Below, in pieces: positions 58,231 through 64,000 of a stretch of 64,000 nucleotides of DNA (position 1 is its first letter; each line of letters begins with the position of its first letter). Where the stretch lies: contig OY969934.1 of assembly GCA_963704725.1 (NCBI GenBank), positions 256,001 through 320,000 of the forward strand. Direction: 5' to 3'. The translations under genes and the position numbers were made by a program. The DNA comes from an uncultured Actinomycetes bacterium. GTDB lineage: Bacteria; Actinomycetota; UBA4738; HRBIN12. Below the pieces are notes generated by a model. It was given only the letters and a program-made list of their open reading frames with translations, did no database searches and was not told the DNA's origin.

Positions 58231-59532
58231 ATGCGTCGGATCGTCGTGATCGGTGCGGGAAGCGTGGAGTTCACGCGGAACGTCGTCGCCGACCTGTGCT
58301 CGTTCACCGAGCTCCACGGCGAGGTCACGTTCGCCCTGCACGACATCGACGAGGAGCGCCTCGCGTACTCGGCCAGGGCGGCGGAGTCCATCGTTCGACG
58401 GACCGGCGCCGGCTACGCGGTCGAGGCCCACGCCGACCGGCGAGCGGCGCTCGACGGCGCGGATTACGTCATCAACGAGATCCAGGTCGGTGGGTACCGT
58501 GCGACGCTGACGGACTTCGAGATCCCCAGGAAGTACGGGCTGCGCCAGACGATCGCGGACACGATCGGGATCGGCGGGATCTTCCGCGGACTGCGGACGA
58601 TCCCCGTCGTGGTCGGGATCGGCAACGACATGGCCCAGTTGTGCCCCGACGCCCTGCTGCTCAACTACGCGAACCCGATGGCGATGCTGCCGTGGGGCGT
58701 CTACGCCGGCACGCCGTTCTCGAACGTCGTGGGCGTGTGCCATTCGGTCCGCGACACCCACCACTTCCTCGCGGCCACGGTGGGCGTGCCCGAGGAGCAC
58801 GTGGCCTTTCGGACCGCCGGGTTCAACCACCAGGCGTTCGTCCTGGAGTTCCGGGACCGCCGGACGGGGAAGGACCTGTACCCCAGGCTCCGCGAGATCG
58901 TCGAGGCCGATCCCGAGGGGCTCGGCCGGCGCGTCCGCGTCGAGATCTTCCGGCGCTTCGGCTACTTCCCCACCGAGTCGAGCGAGCACTCGAGCGAGTA
59001 CGTCCCGTGGTTCCTGCACCACGACGACCAGGTCGAGCGGTACCGCTCAGAGATCGACGAGTACGTCCGCCGCAGCGACGAGAACCTGCTGGACTGGGAG
59101 TCGACGAAGGCGGCGCTCGACCGCGGCGAGGAGCTGGAGATCGAGCCGAGCTCCGAGCTGGCCTCGGAGATCATCCACTCGATCGAGACCGGCGTGCCCC
59201 GAGAGGTCTACACGAACGTCCGCAACGATGGACTGATCGATGGTCTGCCGCGCGACGCCTGCGTCGAGGTCCCCACGCTCGTCGACAAGAACGGCGTGCA
59301 GCCCACGCGGATCGGCGCGCTCCCGCCACAGCTCCTCGCGCTGAACCGGACGTTCGTGAACGTGGTGGAGCTCACCGTGCGGGCGGCGCTCGAGGGCCGT
59401 CGCGACCTCGTGTACGACGCGGCGCTCCTCGACCCCAACACGGCGGCGACGCTCACCGTCGATCAGATCGTGGCCATGTGCGACGACCTGATCGAGGCGC
59501 ACGGCGAGCTCCTGCCGCCGGGCATCCGCTGA
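58231..59532 (+). CDS. melA: family 4 glycosyl hydrolase (alpha-galactosidase MelA-like)
   Basis: IGAGS, QVGG, DTIGIGG, LNYANPM, GVCHS, GFNH, TESSEH. Confidence 0.9.
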   Translation: MRRIVVIGAGSVEFTRNVVADLCSFTELHGEVTFALHDIDEERLAYSARAAESIVRRTGAGYAVEAHADRRAALDGADYVINEIQVGGYRATLTDFEIPRKYGLRQTIADTIGIGGIFRGLRTIPVVVGIGNDMAQLCPDALLLNYANPMAMLPWGVYAGTPFSNVVGVCHSVRDTHHFLAATVGVPEEHVAFRTAGFNHQAFVLEFRDRRTGKDLYPRLREIVEADPEGLGRRVRVEIFRRFGYFPTESSEHSSEYVPWFLHHDDQVERYRSEIDEYVRRSDENLLDWESTKAALDRGEELEIEPSSELASEIIHSIETGVPREVYTNVRNDGLIDGLPRDACVEVPTLVDKNGVQPTRIGALPPQLLALNRTFVNVVELTVRAALEGRRDLVYDAALLDPNTAATLTVDQIVAMCDDLIEAHGELLPPGIR

Positions 59533-59539
59533 GCGCCGC

Positions 59540-60292
59540 TCACACCTCGGTCACGGTCAGACCGGCCTCGCGGAGCTCGGCCACGGCGGCGGGCTCGGCG
59601 CCGGAGGTGAGCAGCTCGTGGACCGCCGCGATCGGGCAGATGCGGGCGAACGCGACCACGCCGAGCTTCGAGCCGTCGGCCACCGCGATCACGCGATCCG
59701 CTCGCTCGAGCAGGATGCGGTTCGTGTGGGCCTCGACCTCGTGATGCGTCGTGAGGCCGTCGCGCGTGGAGATCCCGTCGGCGCCGAGGAAGACCACGTC
59801 GAGATGGAGATCGGCCAGCGTCTGCTCCGCGATCGGGCCGACGAGCTCGTAGGACTCGCTCCGGGCGATCCCGCCCGTGACGACGAGCTTGATGTTGGGC
59901 CGCACCGCGAGCTCGGCGGCGATGTTCAGGGCGTTCGTGACGACCGTCAGCCGTCGCTCCACCAGGGCCCGGGCGACCTGGGTCGTCGTCGTCCCGCCGG
60001 TCAGGCCGATCGCGGCGCCGTCGGAGACCCGGTCCGCCGCGGCCTGGGCGAGTCGACGTTTCTCCTCCTCGTGCCGGGAGGCCTTGTACCGCAGCGGGAG
60101 CTCGTACAGGACGCCGTGCGCCACCGCCCCGCCGTGGGTCCGGCTGAGGAGTCGCTGGTCCTCCAGCAGCTCCAGGTCCCGGCGGATCGTGGCCGAGGAG
60201 ACGCCGAGCCTGGAGGAGAGGTCGGCGACGGCGACGGAGCCGCCCGTGGAGAGCTCCTCGAGGATCGTTCCGAGCCGGTCGGACTGCCGCAC
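59540..60292 (-). CDS. DeoR/AgaR-family transcriptional regulator
   Basis: VSSATIRRDL, RTHGGA, TGGTTT, VVTNALNIA. Confidence 0.94.
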   Translation of the reverse strand: MRQSDRLGTILEELSTGGSVAVADLSSRLGVSSATIRRDLELLEDQRLLSRTHGGAVAHGVLYELPLRYKASRHEEEKRRLAQAAADRVSDGAAIGLTGGTTTTQVARALVERRLTVVTNALNIAAELAVRPNIKLVVTGGIARSESYELVGPIAEQTLADLHLDVVFLGADGISTRDGLTTHHEVEAHTNRILLERADRVIAVADGSKLGVVAFARICPIAAVHELLTSGAEPAAVAELREAGLTVTEV

Positions 60293-60353
60293 GCCCCGAG
60301 CATAGCGCGCTCGTGTTGCGTTCGTGAGCGATATGACTCTATAGTCGCCCCAA

Positions 60354-61229
60354 GTGAGCGAAATCGAGCGCGAGATCGCCAGCCAGCCCTCCTGTTGGAG
60401 GCAGGCCGCGAGTCGCGAGCCCTCGGTCCGGGAGGCGCTGCCGGCCCCGGGGACGCGGGTCGCGGTGATCGGCTGCGGGACCTCGCTGTTCGTGGCCCAG
60501 GCGTACGCGACGCTCCGCGAGGCGCTCGGGAAGGGGGAGACGGACGCGTTCCCCGCGTCGGAGGTTCCCACCGGCCGCGCCTACGACCACCTGCTCGCCA
60601 TCTCGAGGAGCGGGACGACGACGGAGGTCGCGCGCACCCTCTCCAGCGGGCGAGCCGGCACGCGCGTCGCGGTCGTGGGGGTCCCCGACACCCCGGTGGC
60701 CCGCGCCGCCGACCGCGTGGTGACGCTCGAGTTCGCCGACGAGCGATCGGTCGTCCAGACGCGCTTCGCGACGACGGCGCTCGCGCTGCTGCGCGCGAAC
60801 CTCGGCCAGGAGCTCGGCCCGCCGATCCGGGAGGCGGAGGCGACGGCCGGCTCGGCGCTCCCGGCGGACCCCGTGCGGTTCTCCCATTTCGTCTTCCTGG
60901 GGAGAGGATGGAGCGTGGGACTTGCCAGCGAGGCCGCGCTGAAGCTCCGCGAGGCTGCGCAGGTGTGGACCGAGTCCTATCCCGCGATGGAGTACCGGCA
61001 CGGCCCGATCAGCGTGGCCGGTCCCTCCACGCTGGTGTGGGCGCTCGGCGACGTCGGGGGCTCGGTCCTGGAGGACGCGAGGGCCACGGGCGCGACGGTC
61101 GTCGGCGGGGATCTGGACCCCATGGTGGAGCTGATCGGGATCCAACGGGCGGCGGTGCGGCTCGCGGAGCATCGGGGCCTCGACCCCGATCGCCCGCCGC
61201 ACCTGACGCGCTCGGTGGTGTTGTCGTGA
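60354..61229 (+). CDS. SIS-domain sugar-phosphate isomerase/deaminase (AgaS-like)
   Basis: EIASQP, GCGTS, ISRSGTTTE, EAALKLRE, EYRHGP, LTRSV. Confidence 0.92.
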   Translation: MSEIEREIASQPSCWRQAASREPSVREALPAPGTRVAVIGCGTSLFVAQAYATLREALGKGETDAFPASEVPTGRAYDHLLAISRSGTTTEVARTLSSGRAGTRVAVVGVPDTPVARAADRVVTLEFADERSVVQTRFATTALALLRANLGQELGPPIREAEATAGSALPADPVRFSHFVFLGRGWSVGLASEAALKLREAAQVWTESYPAMEYRHGPISVAGPSTLVWALGDVGGSVLEDARATGATVVGGDLDPMVELIGIQRAAVRLAEHRGLDPDRPPHLTRSVVLS

Positions 61230-61254
61230 CGTGCTGCTCGACGGGAGGTCGACG

Positions 61255-62574
61255 ATGAAGCGCTCGTGGTGGCTCGCGCTGGGGCTCGTGCTGACGCTCG
61301 TGGCCGTGGGATGCACGAGCGGCGACGACGGCGGCGACGGCGACGGCGGATCGACGGGCGGGAACGTCCATCTCGTCATGTGGATGGGCTACACGCCCCC
61401 GCCGCCCGAAGCCGAATCCCTCGAGTACCTCTCCGTCCAGCGCATGGTGGAGGCGTTCCAGGCGGAGAACCCGGACATCACGATCGAGCTCCAGTACGTG
61501 AACAGCGACAACGCGCTGCAGAAGGCCACGGTCGCGCTGCAGGGCGACAAGCAGCCCGACATCTCGTACCAGTACGGGACGAACATGCCGCAGCTCGCGA
61601 CGAGCCCCAAGCTCGTCGACCTGACCGACCGCGTCCAGGCGGACGGCTACAACTGGGACGACTTCTACCCCGGCGAGCAGAAGGTGGCCACGGTGGACGG
61701 GAGGGTCCTCGGCGTGCCCGCGCTCGTCGACAACCTGGCCGTGGTCTACAACAAGGACCTGTTCGCGGCGGCCGGCGTGCCCGAGCCCGGCCCGGACTGG
61801 ACGTGGGCCGACCTCCGCGCGGCGGCCCAGGCCGTCACCGACCCGGCGAACAAGATCTTCGGCCTGGTCTTCCCGGCGGACGGGAGCGAAACGACGGTGT
61901 GGCAGTACGACGCGATGCTGTGGGCCGCCGGCGGCGACCTCCTCACCGACGACAACAGCCAGGTCGCGTTCAACGACGACGCCGGCGTCCGGGCTCTGAC
62001 GACGCTCACCGAGATCCAGCAGGACGGTTCCATGTACCTGGACTTCCAGCCGGACTCCGGCAAGTACGGACAGCTCTTCAACTCGGGCAAGATCGGGATG
62101 GTGATCACGGGGCCGTGGGACCTGGGCGGGTTCCCCGACGTGAACTACGGTGTGCAGGTCATGCCGTCGTTCGACCCGGGTGGGAACCACCAGACGATCG
62201 CCGGCCCGGACAACTGGGTCATCTTCGACAACGGTCCCGAGCGCGTCGACGCCGCGTGGAGGTTCCTCAGCTTCATGACCTCCCCCGAGCAGGTGCTGCA
62301 GGACTCGCTCGACACGAGCCACCTGCCGACGCGGGCGTCAGTCGCCGGGATGAGCGACTTCCAGCCGTTCTTCACGACGTACCCGGGCACCGAGGTCTTC
62401 GTCGACAACCTGGAGAACGTGGTGAACGCCCGGCCGCAGATCCCCCAGTACCCGAGGATCTCCACGGCGCTGGGCCAGGCCATCGTGAGTGCGCTCCAGG
62501 GTGACGTCTCGCCGCAGGACGCGCTCGATCAGGCGGCCGAGCAGGGCAACGGGTTCCTGGCGATCCCGGGCTGA
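61255..62574 (+). CDS. sugar ABC transporter substrate-binding lipoprotein
   Basis: Lipobox AVGC, VVYNKDLF, WTWADL, GPW; GGAGGT SD. Confidence 0.93.
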   Translation: MKRSWWLALGLVLTLVAVGCTSGDDGGDGDGGSTGGNVHLVMWMGYTPPPPEAESLEYLSVQRMVEAFQAENPDITIELQYVNSDNALQKATVALQGDKQPDISYQYGTNMPQLATSPKLVDLTDRVQADGYNWDDFYPGEQKVATVDGRVLGVPALVDNLAVVYNKDLFAAAGVPEPGPDWTWADLRAAAQAVTDPANKIFGLVFPADGSETTVWQYDAMLWAAGGDLLTDDNSQVAFNDDAGVRALTTLTEIQQDGSMYLDFQPDSGKYGQLFNSGKIGMVITGPWDLGGFPDVNYGVQVMPSFDPGGNHQTIAGPDNWVIFDNGPERVDAAWRFLSFMTSPEQVLQDSLDTSHLPTRASVAGMSDFQPFFTTYPGTEVFVDNLENVVNARPQIPQYPRISTALGQAIVSALQGDVSPQDALDQAAEQGNGFLAIPG

Positions 62575-62580
62575 CGGCCG

Positions 62581-63474
62581 GTGGCCGTGAGCGCCCGCCG
62601 CGTCGTGCAGTCCGAGCACTTCGTCGGCTGGGCGTTCGCGTTCCCCGCGGTCGCCCTCGTCGTCGTGTTCGGCATCGTGCCGATCCTGTGGTCGGCGTTG
62701 ATGTCCTTCCAGCGCACGAACCTCATCGCGCCCGCCGAGTGGGTCGGCCTGGAGAACTACCGGGCCCTGCCCCAGGACCCGCTCTTCAAGACCGCGATGG
62801 TCCACGCCGCGATCTACACGGCGCTGTTCGTCCCGCTCTCCGTCGCCGGGGGCCTGTTCGCAGCCGTGGCCCTCAACCGGAGGATCCGAGGCATCCGGCT
62901 CTACCGGCTGGCGGTGTTCGTGCCCGTGGTCATCTCGACGATCGCGACCGTCATCATGTTCCTCGTCCTGCTGGACCCGAACTACGGGCTGGCCAACTGG
63001 CTCCTGGGGAAGGTGGGGCTGGGCCCGTTCGGCTTCTTCACCAGCTCGAACGGCGCCCTGTTCGCCATCGTCGTGATGACGGCGTGGGGGTGGGTCGGGT
63101 TCGACGCCCTGATCTACCTCGCGGCTCTCCAGGGCGTCCCCGCCGACCTGCTCGAGGCCGCGTCGATCGACGGCGCCCGACCCTGGAGCATCTTCCGGAA
63201 CGTGACGCTGCCGCTCCTCGGCCCGGCGACGCTGTTCCTGGTCGTGTTCTCGTCGATCAACGCGTGGCAGCTCTTCGACGAGGTGTATCTGGCGACGAGA
63301 GGGGGGCCGGGCAGCGCCACGTACGTCCCCGTCTACTACCTGTTCACGCTGGCGTTCCAGCAGGGGATCGCCGGGTACGCCGCGGCGATCGCGTACGTCC
63401 TGCTCCTGGTCATCCTCGTCTTCACGGTCATCGAGCTGTGGGTGGGCAAGCGACTCGTGTACTACGCCTCATGA
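62581..63474 (+). CDS. sugar ABC permease (MalF-like)
   Basis: VGLENY, YLAALQGVP..EAASIDGA, NVTLP. Confidence 0.94.
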   Translation: MAVSARRVVQSEHFVGWAFAFPAVALVVVFGIVPILWSALMSFQRTNLIAPAEWVGLENYRALPQDPLFKTAMVHAAIYTALFVPLSVAGGLFAAVALNRRIRGIRLYRLAVFVPVVISTIATVIMFLVLLDPNYGLANWLLGKVGLGPFGFFTSSNGALFAIVVMTAWGWVGFDALIYLAALQGVPADLLEAASIDGARPWSIFRNVTLPLLGPATLFLVVFSSINAWQLFDEVYLATRGGPGSATYVPVYYLFTLAFQQGIAGYAAAIAYVLLLVILVFTVIELWVGKRLVYYAS

Positions 63475-64000
63475 CCGACGTCCTCGAACGCCCCGTGCTC
63501 TCCCCGCTCCCCGACGACGAGGCGAACCGGCGGCGTCGCTTCCTGTTCAGCCCGTGGCACCTCGTCCTGCTGCCGCTCGCGCTCCTGATGATCCTTCCGC
63601 TGGCCTGGATGGTGATCACGTCGCTCGAGACGCTGAACGAGACCCGACACTTCCCGCCCATCGTGATCCCGAGCGGCCTGCAGGGACACAACTACACCGA
63701 GGTCCTGCGGCGGGCCCCGTTCGGGTGGTGGATGCTCAACACGGTCATCGTCACCGGCGCGGTCGTCGTCGGGAACCTGCTGTTCTGCAGCCTGGCGGGC
63801 TACGCGTTCGCGCGGTTCAAGTTCTTCGGTCGGGACGTCGTGTTCCTGCTCGTGCTGGCCACGCTGATGGTCCCGTTCCAGGTCATCCTGATCCCGACGT
63901 TCGTGATCCTGCGCAAGCTCGGCCTCATCGACACGCTCGGAGCGCTGATCCTGCCGAACCTCTCGGGCGCGTTCGGCATCTTCCTCCTCCGGCAGTTCTT
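63471..64000 (+). CDS. sugar ABC permease (MalG-like), truncated by the window edge
   Basis: LAGYAFARFKFFGR, TLMVPFQV, FLLRQF. Confidence 0.92.
   Translation, partial: MTDVLERPVLSPLPDDEANRRRRFLFSPWHLVLLPLALLMILPLAWMVITSLETLNETRHFPPIVIPSGLQGHNYTEVLRRAPFGWWMLNTVIVTGAVVVGNLLFCSLAGYAFARFKFFGRDVVFLLVLATLMVPFQVILIPTFVILRKLGLIDTLGALILPNLSGAFGIFLLRQF

Overview
A very GC-rich chromosomal segment, most consistent with a deep-branching Actinomycetota lineage (actinobacterial Ser/Arg tRNA set with tadA, dnaX-recR and ask-asd, but a long Alu-containing SRP RNA). It carries four tRNAs, ffs, a sulfate ABC operon and a sulfonate-type ABC operon each headed by a YezD/DUF2292-like small gene, a group 3b [NiFe]-hydrogenase cluster with hypFCDE divergent from pncB, a CapA + DUF3160 lipoprotein pair, a VapBC-type TA module, an ECF sigma + DUF4349 pair, and a GH4/DeoR/SIS sugar-uptake locus. 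The two best leads are: (1) between asd and an APH-family gene, three 540-580 bp single-gene units are bounded by four direct copies of a 19-bp site (RAGTCCNYGCGCCCYGGCG), and each unit has its own CANNAT -10 box and leaderless start, suggesting an integron-like cassette array of a type I do not recognise; the middle unit is interrupted by three nested IS elements (IS3 > IS30 > IS3); (2) two identically built hairpins with compensatory changes lie in the leader of the sulfate operon just downstream of yezD, with a possible anti-SD switch. Five single-base frameshifts (hypF, DUF3160, a HAD phosphatase, two in cassette 3) may be assembly indels. Products were assigned by recognising motifs by eye; no database searches were run.
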